A stretch of DNA of 64,000 bases. Origin: Carpediemonas membranifera BICM (Eukaryota > Protista > Fornicata). The DNA lies in the NCBI GenBank assembly GCA_019828565.1, contig JAHDYR010000028.1:62001-126000 (forward strand). Reading direction: 5' to 3'. The translations under genes and the position numbers were made by a program. The notes beneath the pieces are model-generated. The model was not told the origin of the DNA. It saw only the letters and a program-made list of their open reading frames with translations, and made no database searches. Positions 1 to 10,943 of the stretch are shown in pieces (position 1 is the first letter of the stretch; every line of letters begins with the position of its first letter).

Positions 1-391
1 GAAGCGCTATAGAGACTGGCACGAAAGTCCCGACAAGCACCGCGAGGGCGCGGCCAGTGAAAGGGGTGGTACACCCTAGGTCAGCTCCAAGAGGGAACCT
101 GGGCCACGTCTGGGGACTCTGGAGGAAGCAGCCGTTCTGGCCAAGCACCCCATGTGAATGGCGCATGCTTCTGGGTCCTGGAGAAATATCAAGGGCAAAG
201 AAGACGCCTACCCGGGCCGCCCACCAACAACCCACAGGGCGGGAAGCGGCCCACCCAACGTGCTAAACAACGACGACATAGGCGCTCACCCATTGGGAAG
301 GCAACTATGCAGATGCTAAACCCCAACAACAAGATGAAAGTGTGCAGGTAGTGCAGAATAAGGAGTGCAGGTTAAGGCAGTAACAACCTGA

Positions 392-2186
392 ATGCGAATA
401 GTCTCCCTTAACAGCCAAGGACACTTAACGGGCAATGAAGACTACAGCGGATCTATAGCGGTAGCGCTTCGCAAGCACACGAGCCCGGACGCCCTCCTCT
501 TGCAGGAAACATTCAGGTACGGCAACTCCGTAGTCCCCTGTTGGGCGGACCTGCAATACGCATGTGCAGGGCACGCCAAACCCATCAAGGCTCGAAAGGG
601 CAAGATTAACCTAGGCGTAGCCACGGTGATCAGCCCACATTCACAGGCAACCTGGGATGTAGGAGTATCTGACGGCACGAACCCCCGAGTTCAAGTTAGC
701 ATCCTCGAAACCTCAAGGGCTATCGCAGTCATCAACATATACGCCCCTCCAAGTGACCGCAGCGCAGCGGAGCTAGACCGCTTCGACCAACAGCTGGAAA
801 ACATCGTCAGAGAGTACCACGGCTTCGAGATAATCATCATGGGGGACTGGAACCGTGACCCGCGGAGCCTGCGCCATGCCACCAGCGCCACACTACAGCG
901 AAACAATCTAGACCTAGTTTTCCCTCGTCTCACACATACATGAGTGGGAATACCACCTCGACGCTGGATTATGCAGCTGTATCTGGGGGGATCACGAGGG
1001 CCAAAGCTAGAGTCATTGACAAAGCTGAGATGGGGCATTGGGGCTCCCCCCATAGGGCAGTGGAGCTAACCTGGGACGAACCGCATTGGAAGAAACAACC
1101 GGCCAAACCCAAGCTGGAAATCCCAGGAACAACCACCTGGAATGTCCTCCCAGAGCGCAACGGGGAAAGGGCAAGGGAATGGCCGCAACCCGATGTGGAG
1201 CTCCATGTAGATACAATCGAGTACCAAATACGGGAACTCTTATCGGTGGGATTTCAAACTTCCGCTAGGAACGTCAGACCAGGGAGATCGCAAAAAAGGA
1301 TCCCGGAGAACGTATGGAAGCAACTCATCCTAGCCCGATGGAACAAAGCGGGGGCCGCGGAAATCAAGCGGACCCTGAACAACGAGCTCCAGAAGTCATG
1401 GAAAAGCTTCAAGGAGGAGTGGACGCAGCAGGTGGAAAACAGCGCAAGGGCAGGGTATAAGACCACCAAGAAGGTCATAGCAAACCAGGTCCACAGGTTC
1501 TGGAACGAGAAACAACACGCAGGGCTACCGGCGATGCTCAGAGGAAAGAGGTCGATCTTAACAAGGGAAAACGAGATAGCTAGGGAGCTGCAGAGGCAAT
1601 ACGCCCAAGTCAGTAGTGGCATAGCACCTAGTTGGGACCAGATCCCGGCGGCCCAAACAACTGATCAACCCCCCACGGAGGAGGAGGTCACGGCCGCCAT
1701 CAAGTCCCTGAAGAAATCATCGGCAGGAGGCCCGGATGGTATCACGGGCGAATGTCTGAGAGACCTCCCCCAGGCGGCCTACAGGGCAATCACATGCCTC
1801 TTCCAGAAAGTATACGAGTCTGGGGAACTACCCACCACGTGGAAGTACGCCTCCATCTCCCCGATACACAAAGTAGGGAAAGATAAGCTACTGCCAGGAT
1901 CCTACCGACCCATCTCACTCACCCCCCTCCTCTACCGAGCATATGGGAAGGTACTCAAATGGAGGCTCAAACCAACAGTTGAGAGGCACACCCCCAGAGA
2001 GCAGATCGGCTTCATGAAGGGAAAGACAGTCATAGACCACATCGCCCTCCTAACCCAACTGCACCAAGAAGGAGACCGGACCAGCGTGCTGCTCGACATT
2101 GCAAAGGCGTACGACACGGTTCCCAGGGACATCCTAGTCAGCAAGCTGATCAATATGGGTGTACACCCCCACCTAGTCAGAGCAGT
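392..2186 (+). pseudogene. L-a ORF2, 5' part (APE endonuclease + N-terminal RT), frameshift near 940
   Basis: ORFs 392..943 and 940..2196; SAGGPDG, YRPISL, QIGF, LDIAKAYDTV motifs. Confidence 0.9.
2170..2186. repeat. 17-bp target-site duplication CACCTAGTCAGAGCAGT (partner 8507-8523)
   Basis: Exact repeat at both junctions; removing the insert restores the RT reading frame. Confidence 0.95.
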
Positions 2187-2656
2187 TCACCAATGATTTC
2201 AGCAAAGTGGAAACACTTCGATCATGGATGGACAAGGACCAACAGGCCTGGCCTATATGGATAGGGCAGTGCCCCATGGAGCTCAGAAGGAGCGGCCTTG
2301 GCCTCCTGTCTGAACATTCAAGGGTTGCTATCAGGGCATACCGCTGGGCGCGAGTGGGAGCTCCACGCCCATACCAAGGAATCAAAGTGTCTTCATGGAA
2401 CGTATGTTTACAAGGAAAAGGAAAACAACCGTCGAGGGCCAGTGCTAGCACCGGCGGCTACATGGTTTTGTCAAGACCACAAGGAAGGAAGGGCAGCACA
2501 AAAGGGAAACAGGGGCCGTCGATAGAGGCTAAAAGGAGACTACGAACAAAGCAACAACAACTACACAGAAAGGCCCCGCTACTCAGAAAAGGGCGACGCA
2601 TTTTTAGGACCGCGCCTTTTTGGAAAGAATGGCCTATATAGTTCGGAGCATGGACA

Positions 2657-5600
2657 ATGGGAGAAACTGGAAGGCCTGGACGGAGACCTCACCCGGATAT
2701 GTACATGTGGCCCGACTTTCGGACCCAAAAATTCCGACCCAGTTTATGGACTAGGAAAAGGGGAGAAATTTTGCACTCAACAATGCAGGTAGAAATACCG
2801 ACAAGGATCAGGGATTCCACGCAGAAGCAGTGGGAGGACATCAGGGAACTACTGGACAGCTTCCTCGCTGAAAGGAACGATTCAAGGACTCTACTTCTTC
2901 GTAGAACAGGCAAGTTTACAGGAAAGTCGCTCAATGCGAACTCCAAAGGACGCAAGGAAGTAATCATGAACGCCAGACGCATCCTCTTCGCAACCGGCGT
3001 CACTGACAACAAGGACATCATCCTCAGGAACCCATGCGGCATCCACGGCCTCCGCGACCTTTTCTACATGCTCACAGAGGCGCTCAACCCCAGAGACGAG
3101 GAAGCAAAGGACATGGCACAGGCACTGGAGCCCAAGACGCTGAAAGCGGGCTTCACTGGCATGGCAAGATGGCCATCTGAGAAGGACATCGAGACGGCGA
3201 TCCTCAAGCCGAAGGAAGATGGGCCCATCGAATGGGATGTAGACAGGGACAGCGTCAAGAAGGCCGAAGGGTCGTTCATACTGGTATCAGGGGCTCATGG
3301 AGACGAGGCCGTAGAAGGCGTGCCTTACGACAAGGTATGGGATCCGGCAAACCAAGGCCCGGTCACCAGAGTGGCCTACGAGCAAGAGGACGGCAAGTAC
3401 AGGGTCATCCTAGAGCTAAGCGACACGTCAGCATGGTCCATCAGCCGCTTCATGGAGGAGGCTAGGGACATCCTCAGGCTTCAGGCACCGGAGGCCCCGG
3501 CCATATGGCAGGCAGCATGGAACAAGTCAGGGATCTACCTGAAGGGCAGAACCAATATCCTGGGCGAAGGGGAGGAGACCCCCCTTAGCAACGAGCCGCC
3601 GTTCCGGAAGGTGAGGCTGGAAGTGCTCAAGGCCACCTCGGTCCGCAGCAATAGGGACGAACATGCCGATCTGGACAGGTCGTCCGCTAGCACGGTCATC
3701 GACGGAGACGAGGAGCAACATGTCAAGGACAAGGAGGAACGACGCCAGCAGGCCACCATGCCCGGCAGAAGAAGCCTCGACGACAGCCTCCTGGAAGTGA
3801 ACAAGGACATGGTCGGGGCCAACCAAGGCAAGATCGACCAGGACGAGGAGGTCGACTCAAACAAGGTCAGCAGCCAGCCGCCGAGGATGCCTAGAAAGGA
3901 CAAGGAGAAACGACTGGTGATCGGAGCCATCGACTTCGAGTGCGCAGACCCTGGCGTCAAGAAGGCAGGGATCCCTGCCATCCCGGTTGAGGGCGGGATC
4001 GTACTCTTTGACCTCAGCACTGGGGACATTCTTGGACACGGGCATGGCCTGTATTACCAGGACATACCGGCAGCAAGCATGGACCAAGCGAGGTACACGG
4101 CATGGGCAGTGACGGGGCTGCCGCCGGCCACCTTCGTGGAGGTCGGGACGGGGCGGCCGCCGATCGAGTATGAGAAGCACATACATACTTTCAGGGACTG
4201 GGCCAACCGCCTGGCGGCTCAGCTGGCAAGGATCGAAAGGTCGGAGGGTTGGAAGATAATCATGTATGCAAAGGGGGTGGAGATGGAAAGCTTCCTCCTC
4301 ACGAACCCCACAAATGGACTGGAGCAAGGAACCAGGGAATTCTTCCAAGCTAGGCTGGTGGACGAGAAGAAGCTACCAGAGATCCTGGAGAACAACGGCA
4401 AGGAGGAGGCTGGCCAAAACCTCAGGGACAACCTCGACAAGGCCAACTACCTGGAAGCAGTAACAACATGGTCAAATGGATGGCAGAACAGGAGCGAGCC
4501 CAAGGGAGTCTGTCCGTACCACAGACACACCGCGGGTTGCTACCACTGTGGGTTGGCGGATACAGTAGTCTTCACAGCCAGGATCAGGGCCCTATGCAAG
4601 GAGAGGATGAGCACCCCAGACGTCTACCACTACATGGGTAAGGCACTCGACAAGACCATGGAAGCAGTCGGGAAGGCGGAGCCGGGCATGGATATCATGG
4701 GAGGCCCGGAATTCGCGACAAGGAGGGACACCTTTGAGATCTTCGGCACGTACCCGATCGGGGACGCAAGGGACGTCAGCAGGGAAGTCGGCGACAGGAT
4801 CCTCGTAGTCCCGGACAACGGACACCGCTTCGGCATCGGCTTCGGGTTCGGGGAGGTTCTGTTGGGCATGAAGGGCATCTTACTGGCCCCCCTCACAATC
4901 ATGGACAACGAAGGTGTACTGGAGAGAAGCCCGCTATGGACCATCATGGAAAGAGCCACGGCTAACCAGCTCCGCATGGTACGCGTCAGGAAGGGCCTAG
5001 GGGCAGCAAGGGAGGAGGACATCATAACCATGGCCATGCTATACGAGTGGTGGCCCTCGAAGGAGGCTACGGCTCATCAAGGAGTCTGGGGCTGCGACGA
5101 CCTAGCAGAGAGCCTCAGGGACTATGAGAAGGTCATAGTCAACGTCAAGGCCCCCAGGAACAGGGGTAGGATCACCCTAGGGGCGAGCTTCATCCCGAGA
5201 GACTGGGGCATGGTCAGGGTCAGCGAGGCTGGGACCATCCTAAGCCGCATGCGCAAGGAAGGGGCCAGACTAGTCTCGGCAGCTATCCCGGACGAGCCCA
5301 GAGCCAACACAGTCAATGTCCCAGGCATCACGTATGTCCCCACCATCGACGGAAAGTCCGAACAGCCATACCAAAGTAGGTTCTTCGACAACGGCCTGGA
5401 GGAAAAGGCGAGGCGGATTAGCACCAGGATGGTGGGCAGGCACTTCGGCCAGGACGCGGATCAAGGACATCACGACCAGCATGGAGACAGGGAAGAGGAC
5501 AGAAGGGTAGGACACGGAGCCGGCGGTAGAGCTGGTGTCAGAGCTGACGACAGAACCGGCGACAGAGCTGGTAACATGAACAGGACCTCGGGTCGTAACC

Positions 5601-6160
5601 ACGGAGTAGACGACAGGGAGAGACAGGACAACACGGGAACGCAGATGAGAGGCTCGTTCAGCGGGAACACCTGGGCCGGTAGAGGCTCAGAGGGAGGCAT
5701 GGACAACAGCAAGGATCACTCTTCCTCCACGACGCTCAAGCGCAAGGAGGGCAGCACGAGTAGGATCATGGACTCGGACAGCGGAAAGAGAAGCAGGCAC
5801 GAAGAGGACATGGACTGGGAGTCTGGAAGCAGACAGGCAACCGGCATGGACTCGGAGAAGCTGCGGCTCCGAAAGCAGTTGGCAGAGGCGCAACAAGAGA
5901 TCTCAGCGCTCAAGGCTGCCCGACTCATGCAAGAGCAAGGCCACGGAAGGTTGGTGCTCTCCGGCGTCGCGACTAAGCCCAGCAAGGAGAAGCCCACGAT
6001 CCCCCGGCACAAGCACAAGAAGGCTAAGAAGGCCAAGCAGATCTCACCCATGGACCTGATGACCCAGTTCATCACGGTAATGCAGAGTCTACAAGGACAG
6101 CAAGTGAGTCAGGCCGAGGACAGCTGCAGCGGCAGTGGGGAGTCCACGGAGGAGGAGTAA
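2657..6160 (+). CDS. 1167-aa ORF1-position protein with a Maelstrom (MAEL)/DEDDh nuclease domain (~3910-4600), low-complexity region and C-terminal coiled coil; may extend upstream through frameshifts (2187-2656)
   Basis: AIDFEC (DxE), IPVEGGIVLFDL, GHGLY, VTGLPP, MYAKG, CPYH...YHCGLAD (CxxH...HC-x3-D) match the protist MAEL motif order. Confidence 0.8.
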   Translation: MGETGRPGRRPHPDMYMWPDFRTQKFRPSLWTRKRGEILHSTMQVEIPTRIRDSTQKQWEDIRELLDSFLAERNDSRTLLLRRTGKFTGKSLNANSKGRKEVIMNARRILFATGVTDNKDIILRNPCGIHGLRDLFYMLTEALNPRDEEAKDMAQALEPKTLKAGFTGMARWPSEKDIETAILKPKEDGPIEWDVDRDSVKKAEGSFILVSGAHGDEAVEGVPYDKVWDPANQGPVTRVAYEQEDGKYRVILELSDTSAWSISRFMEEARDILRLQAPEAPAIWQAAWNKSGIYLKGRTNILGEGEETPLSNEPPFRKVRLEVLKATSVRSNRDEHADLDRSSASTVIDGDEEQHVKDKEERRQQATMPGRRSLDDSLLEVNKDMVGANQGKIDQDEEVDSNKVSSQPPRMPRKDKEKRLVIGAIDFECADPGVKKAGIPAIPVEGGIVLFDLSTGDILGHGHGLYYQDIPAASMDQARYTAWAVTGLPPATFVEVGTGRPPIEYEKHIHTFRDWANRLAAQLARIERSEGWKIIMYAKGVEMESFLLTNPTNGLEQGTREFFQARLVDEKKLPEILENNGKEEAGQNLRDNLDKANYLEAVTTWSNGWQNRSEPKGVCPYHRHTAGCYHCGLADTVVFTARIRALCKERMSTPDVYHYMGKALDKTMEAVGKAEPGMDIMGGPEFATRRDTFEIFGTYPIGDARDVSREVGDRILVVPDNGHRFGIGFGFGEVLLGMKGILLAPLTIMDNEGVLERSPLWTIMERATANQLRMVRVRKGLGAAREEDIITMAMLYEWWPSKEATAHQGVWGCDDLAESLRDYEKVIVNVKAPRNRGRITLGASFIPRDWGMVRVSEAGTILSRMRKEGARLVSAAIPDEPRANTVNVPGITYVPTIDGKSEQPYQSRFFDNGLEEKARRISTRMVGRHFGQDADQGHHDQHGDREEDRRVGHGAGGRAGVRADDRTGDRAGNMNRTSGRNHGVDDRERQDNTGTQMRGSFSGNTWAGRGSEGGMDNSKDHSSSTTLKRKEGSTSRIMDSDSGKRSRHEEDMDWESGSRQATGMDSEKLRLRKQLAEAQQEISALKAARLMQEQGHGRLVLSGVATKPSKEKPTIPRHKHKKAKKAKQISPMDLMTQFITVMQSLQGQQVSQAEDSCSGSGESTEEE

Positions 6161-6491
6161 GGACATGGTAAAGCAGTATTCTTTCAAGGAACAAGCAACA
6201 TTTTCTTTATAATTCACAAGCCCTGGCTCCCACCCAGGGCCCGGCATTAGCTGAAATGCACTGCCGGTAGGCTGTAGCGGCAGCCAAAGGGGGGTCACGT
6301 CATATCGTCCCCCTCCTAAGTACCCTGCCCGAAGAATGGAAGGTCACCAGGTGGTAACAAGGTTGGCCTGACAAGGGTCACCGAGACCGGCATCTAGGCC
6401 CCTTGTTAGGACAAGGATAGCAGGAGAGGAGCGGGAAGCTGGGGCTCCCAAATTCTGGGAATTCGCAGGATAAGGAAACAGGACAAAGGCA

Positions 6492-7610
6492 ATGGTAACC
6501 TACAAGATACTTAGTCTGAACACAGAGGGACACATAGGAAGAGGAAAGGACTTCACGGCGTCTATGGCAACGGCGATTCAGCTAAGGTTGAAGGACATAG
6601 AGGCAGTACTCATACAAGAGACATGGAGAACGGCGAATACGAGGGTTCATTGCTTCATGGACCTTGACTACGCACTAGCAGGGAGGGAGACGGAAGAGGA
6701 CCTGGTCTTAGCCAACGAAAAACGAAAGGCGGATGTCAAAAGTCAGCACCGCATCAACCGACAACTAGGCATAGCAGGCAATGACGAACCTGCGCCAAGA
6801 TGGAAGGGAACAAGGGAAGGCATCGGCACGAGAGTGAGCCCACACGCAACTGCAAAGTGGGACATCGGCATAACGGACAGCCTATCGGGAAGAGTGCAAG
6901 CCAGCATAATGAGAACCGGCAGGGACATACTAGTCATCAACGTGTATGGCCCTCCATCCGGCCACAGCAAGCAGGAGAAGGATGGATTCAGGGACACTAT
7001 ACAGAAGATCATGGACATGAAAGGGAGCATGGAGGCCATAATTATGGGAGACTGGAACATCGACCCAGGCCAGATGGAAAGATCCACCCGGTGGAAGGAT
7101 ATGATGGAGAAGCACAGGCTCAAAGCCATCATACCCAAGTCTGGGACGCTCACATCAGGAACATCAACCCCGGACTTTGCAGTGACAACACCAGGAATCC
7201 AGGGGGCGGAGATTGAGGTGGTAGAGTCTCAGAAGGTCGGGGTATGGGGCTCAGCATACAATGGAATCACACTAGCATGGAAGGAACAACGGTACTATGG
7301 CAGAAGTGAGCGAGACGTGGCTCTGGCCATACCCGAGGTGCACACCTGGCCCATGAAAAAGAAGGAGGGGCCAGTCACAGTCTCAAAGCTGAACAGGATC
7401 AAGAGCTCGGACCAATGGGAAGAGACTATAAGAGCATGCATGGGCGACCCAGTGAACAACAGGGGAGCAAAGGCAAGGGACAAAGTGTTCGGGAACGGAG
7501 TGTGGAGCGAACTCCAGCGAACCCCATGGACAGAAATAGACATTTGGGAAGGCCTCACGGCAGGACTACGGGAACTGGCAAAGGTTTACAACAGCTTCAA
7601 GGTGGAATAG
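6492..7610 (+). CDS. L-b ORF2: APE endonuclease fused in frame to the extreme C-terminus; RT deleted
   Basis: SLNTEG, LIQET, NVYGPP, MGDWN, TPDF. Jumps from ...RTPWTE to IWEGLTAGLRELAKVY, segments ~2.3 kb apart in the homolog at 54078-56867. Confidence 0.85.
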   Translation: MVTYKILSLNTEGHIGRGKDFTASMATAIQLRLKDIEAVLIQETWRTANTRVHCFMDLDYALAGRETEEDLVLANEKRKADVKSQHRINRQLGIAGNDEPAPRWKGTREGIGTRVSPHATAKWDIGITDSLSGRVQASIMRTGRDILVINVYGPPSGHSKQEKDGFRDTIQKIMDMKGSMEAIIMGDWNIDPGQMERSTRWKDMMEKHRLKAIIPKSGTLTSGTSTPDFAVTTPGIQGAEIEVVESQKVGVWGSAYNGITLAWKEQRYYGRSERDVALAIPEVHTWPMKKKEGPVTVSKLNRIKSSDQWEETIRACMGDPVNNRGAKARDKVFGNGVWSELQRTPWTEIDIWEGLTAGLRELAKVYNSFKVE

Positions 7611-7849
7611 AAGCATGTCATGAACCCCTGACTCCAGGACCGGGAAGGGATGGACAAGGAATCAGCCATGGACCACCCTCGCTGGTGCTAAGCTCCTGGG
7701 ATCAGTGAGGAAAGGCCCCACGTATCCCGGTAGCCAGGAACCAAAGCAAGGGAAGGAACGACTGCAAGGAATTAACAGGAAGGACAGACCAGAAATAAGA
7801 AAGAAAGGACATGCAACAAGGACAGAGCAAGGATAAGGTCAAGGAAATC

Positions 7850-8506
7850 CATATTCATATGGTTGCACCACTCGTTGGGACCCCAAGGAAACTGCAGGGA
7901 CTGGCCACGGGGGTCGGAGGGGCACAGGTGCCCCTGCCGCCCTTGTTAACGACATGGGAAACCAAGGACATGTAGTGCAAGCGAAATGTTGTAAGGGGTA
8001 ACAGGACAACCAGGCCTAGTGCCTGGGGCTGCCCTGACCCACGCCACCTAACCGGGGTAGACAGCATGGACTTAGTCACTTTCCCCGCCTTCGGGTAGGC
8101 TTCTTAACAGAGTCGAGGGGGCATGGAATTGGGGAACCGGACAGACGAGAGGGTGCCGTGGCTGAACGGCTCTACAAGGACTGCAGGGAAGCAAGGAGTG
8201 TCATAGTCAAGGTTCTGCAGGACGATCCTGCCTGTCAATGCCCCGAGGACAGACCCCCAGGCTCCCCGGATAGTTGCCGGACTTTCAGGGAGACAGGAAA
8301 GCATATTTGCACGGAGATGGCCGCAGGGCCTCTGGGGCGATTGGAATCGGCTTTCCGCGGAGACAGTAGCACCGAAAGCCCAAGGCAAACGCTGCTGACC
8401 AGTTTGCCACGGGAAATAGGCAGTACCCCGGGGCACTCAGCTCCAAGACAACGGGAAACAAGCTCAGTCCGGGGTCAGAATCCAAGCACCATAAATTTCT
8501 TTCTTT
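7850..8506 (+). other. Conserved structured 3' UTR RNA of the L-b family (homolog 53302-53970, minus strand)
   Basis: Collinear nucleotide conservation between diverged copies, with compensatory stem changes. Confidence 0.7.
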
Positions 8507-9800
8507 CACCTAGTCAGAGCAGTACAAAGCACAATGGAGAGGACCTACATTGCGGTAAGGGGATCCGACCTATGGTCCGAAACGAACCTAGGAGTCAAGC
8601 AAGGTTGCGTGGTCGCCCCCACCCTATTCATACTATTTACGGCCAACTGGATTAGCCAGGCGTCACTCAGAATACAGTACGGCGAGATACCAGACCCGAA
8701 GCTTCCCCCCACCCACCACAGACCCGGGAATGGCATCATAGCAATGTTCGTAGACGATACGAGCATCTCGGCAAAGAAAGAAAATGATGCGGAGTCCCTC
8801 ACCGCCGCAATGGTGGAAGTGATAGTGACACACAAGCTGTGTATCAGCCCAGGAAAGAACATCGTCATAAGTACCAATCCAAATGCGGAAGTGCGAATTC
8901 AAGGGGAGGCCACCCGAGCAGCGGAGTCAGGCCGATACTTGGGACTCTGGATAGCAAGTGGCCCTCATCCGCTCAGCGCATGCATCGCAAAGAAAAGAGA
9001 ACAGTCGAACAAGTACATCGCCCTCGCCCGGAGAGTGGGATGGACTAAAGGCTCCACGCCCGCGGCTGTCTCCGAGTCCATCCTCCGCACCTTCCTATGG
9101 CCAAAGATCGAATTCGGAATCGAAATCTGGGTAGCCGGGGGATGGAAGATGACAGCACGAGACATCGCCACCAAAGGTAGCCGAACAGCCAAGGCGGCCG
9201 CCGAAGTGCTAGCTGCGGAGGCAATGCAAACAATGGCAGGCGGGAGAGCACCCAAGAAACCAAAGATTATCAGAGGGGAGATGATGCTCAGGAGGGAGCT
9301 GAAGAGGGTAGTTGCAACAGCCTCCAACACGCTCCCCTCCGCTAGCAACAGCCACACAACTCGAGGAGCCGCGCTCATCATAAGCAGGAGGTACCCTGGG
9401 CAGGAAATGCTCTGCGACCGTATCCAAAGAATATGCCCGATATGCACACTCGCAGCCGAACGCGAATTGATCAACTACCTCCAACTATACCCCCCCCAGG
9501 CGCAGGCGCTAGTGGCAGTAGCCGGGTGGCTGGAAGACCAACCGCTAGGAACACAAAGTCACATCATAGCGGAGTGCCAGGGCGTCGGCCGCCCAAGTGG
9601 GTGGGAGCAGTGCTGGGAAGCTGCGGCAACACACACCATGGCAAGTAGGCTGCGGCACGGCCCAGATGGGGGAGTGGTATAACTCCAGGGCCATATTGGA
9701 GCTCCACTGGCTACTGCAACAGGAGGATGAAACAGTGAAGGAGGGTCTATTATGCGGGAAAAAGGCCCTCATGAACCTCAGAACAGGCCCAGACCCCTAG
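8507..9800 (+). pseudogene. L-a ORF2, 3' part (RT C-terminus, thumb, CxxC...HxxxxC knuckle)
   Basis: GVKQGCVVAPTLF, FVDD, RYLG, ICPICT...HIIAEC; frameshift near 9680. Confidence 0.9.
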
Positions 9801-10943
9801 GAGGAAAGCCCTGGGTGAAGACAAGGCACAGGGCGGAACATTCCTGGAACCGGCGGGAGGTGTTTTCCCCCCACATGTTCCGGTAGCGCCCGGCCGCACA
9901 CCCAACCCAACCCACGCAGCAAGGGGAGCATTCTGATGCCTGCATCACACTTGAAACAACTCCCCCACCACCAAGAGGGGACAGGCCCAACCCACAGGGC
10001 GGCCTGGAAAGGTGGCCCGAGCACCGACCCCAAGCGCAGCGGGCCTGGAACCAATGAGGACAACACCACATGTTCCGGTAGCGCCAGGCGGAGGGAAGGC
10101 TGCAAAGGACCACTAAGGGACAACCGCATACAACAAGCACGAAATAGGGAAGGCCTGGCAAAACAGCTGGGCCAGTAGGGCGCAAGCGTCCGGACAAGCA
10201 GTCCGGCGCATCCCTCCGGCGCGCAAGGGGGTACCCCCTCCCCACACAGTGGGGGCGCACCAGGAGGATGATGCATGGCAGACTGGCGGAGGTACTGGAT
10301 GACGCAAGAAGCTACCCACTCCGTCGGTAACCTGCCGGAAAGGCAGGGTCATCCTGATGTGGCCCGGCGCCTAGCCAGGAACACTGGAAGACGTGGCAAC
10401 CGCCCCTGGGAGCTCCCCCCGATAATGGGAACCTGGAGTGAAATCGGACAGCGCTAGATGAGCCCGAACGCAGCCGGCAAGTCCGTGGAAGTCTACCTAC
10501 GCGGCGTCGGTGGGTTCCTAACCCGGCCCAGCTGGTACGGCGAACTCTAGACCCGACCCCGCCCTGGCGGGTGCCTGAAACATGGCGAGCGGGTCGAGGA
10601 AACTCCAGGACCTCCCTAGGGGACCCGGGGGAGAGGGGAAACGTACGGAAGGTCCCTGACAGCAGCGTGCAGGGCAAGGCTTTGTAGGTGCCAGGCAGAC
10701 CTGGGACCCAAAGGGCCCCTAAGAGTAAGACCTGGGTTAGCCTAACTTTGGGGGTATTAATGTGGCCATGTATAGGATCCCTCTAGCGTACCAGCTAGGC
10801 CTTGACGGCCGTTGTTCACGCCCTCTTAGGAAGTGTTAGGTGTGCTCTGTAGAGGTACCAACACGCTTAGGCGTTCCTCGAAGGGGTGACACAAACTGTG
10901 ACATTCAGCTTACACAGCAGGACGAGTAGCAGGACACATTAAA

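Larger units (their letters stand above)
2187..8506 (+). mobile_element. Non-autonomous, RT-deleted LINE derivative ('L-b') carrying a Maelstrom-domain ORF1 and an APE-only ORF2
   Basis: Flanked by a 17-bp TSD; ends in GCACCATAAATTTCTTTCTTT like the LINE at 53302-56867; ORF1-spacer-ORF2-3'UTR layout. Confidence 0.88.

Noticed and set aside
935-945. ATGA stop/start overlap suggesting coupled translation of APE and RT
   Set aside because: It falls inside the APE domain (before the TLDY motif) in a CA-rich run, and the homolog at 6492 is continuous. An indel is more likely.
8158-8655. ORF3 in the LINE 3' region
   Set aside because: The frame is not maintained in the L-c homolog and it reads through the tail; conservation is better explained by RNA structure.
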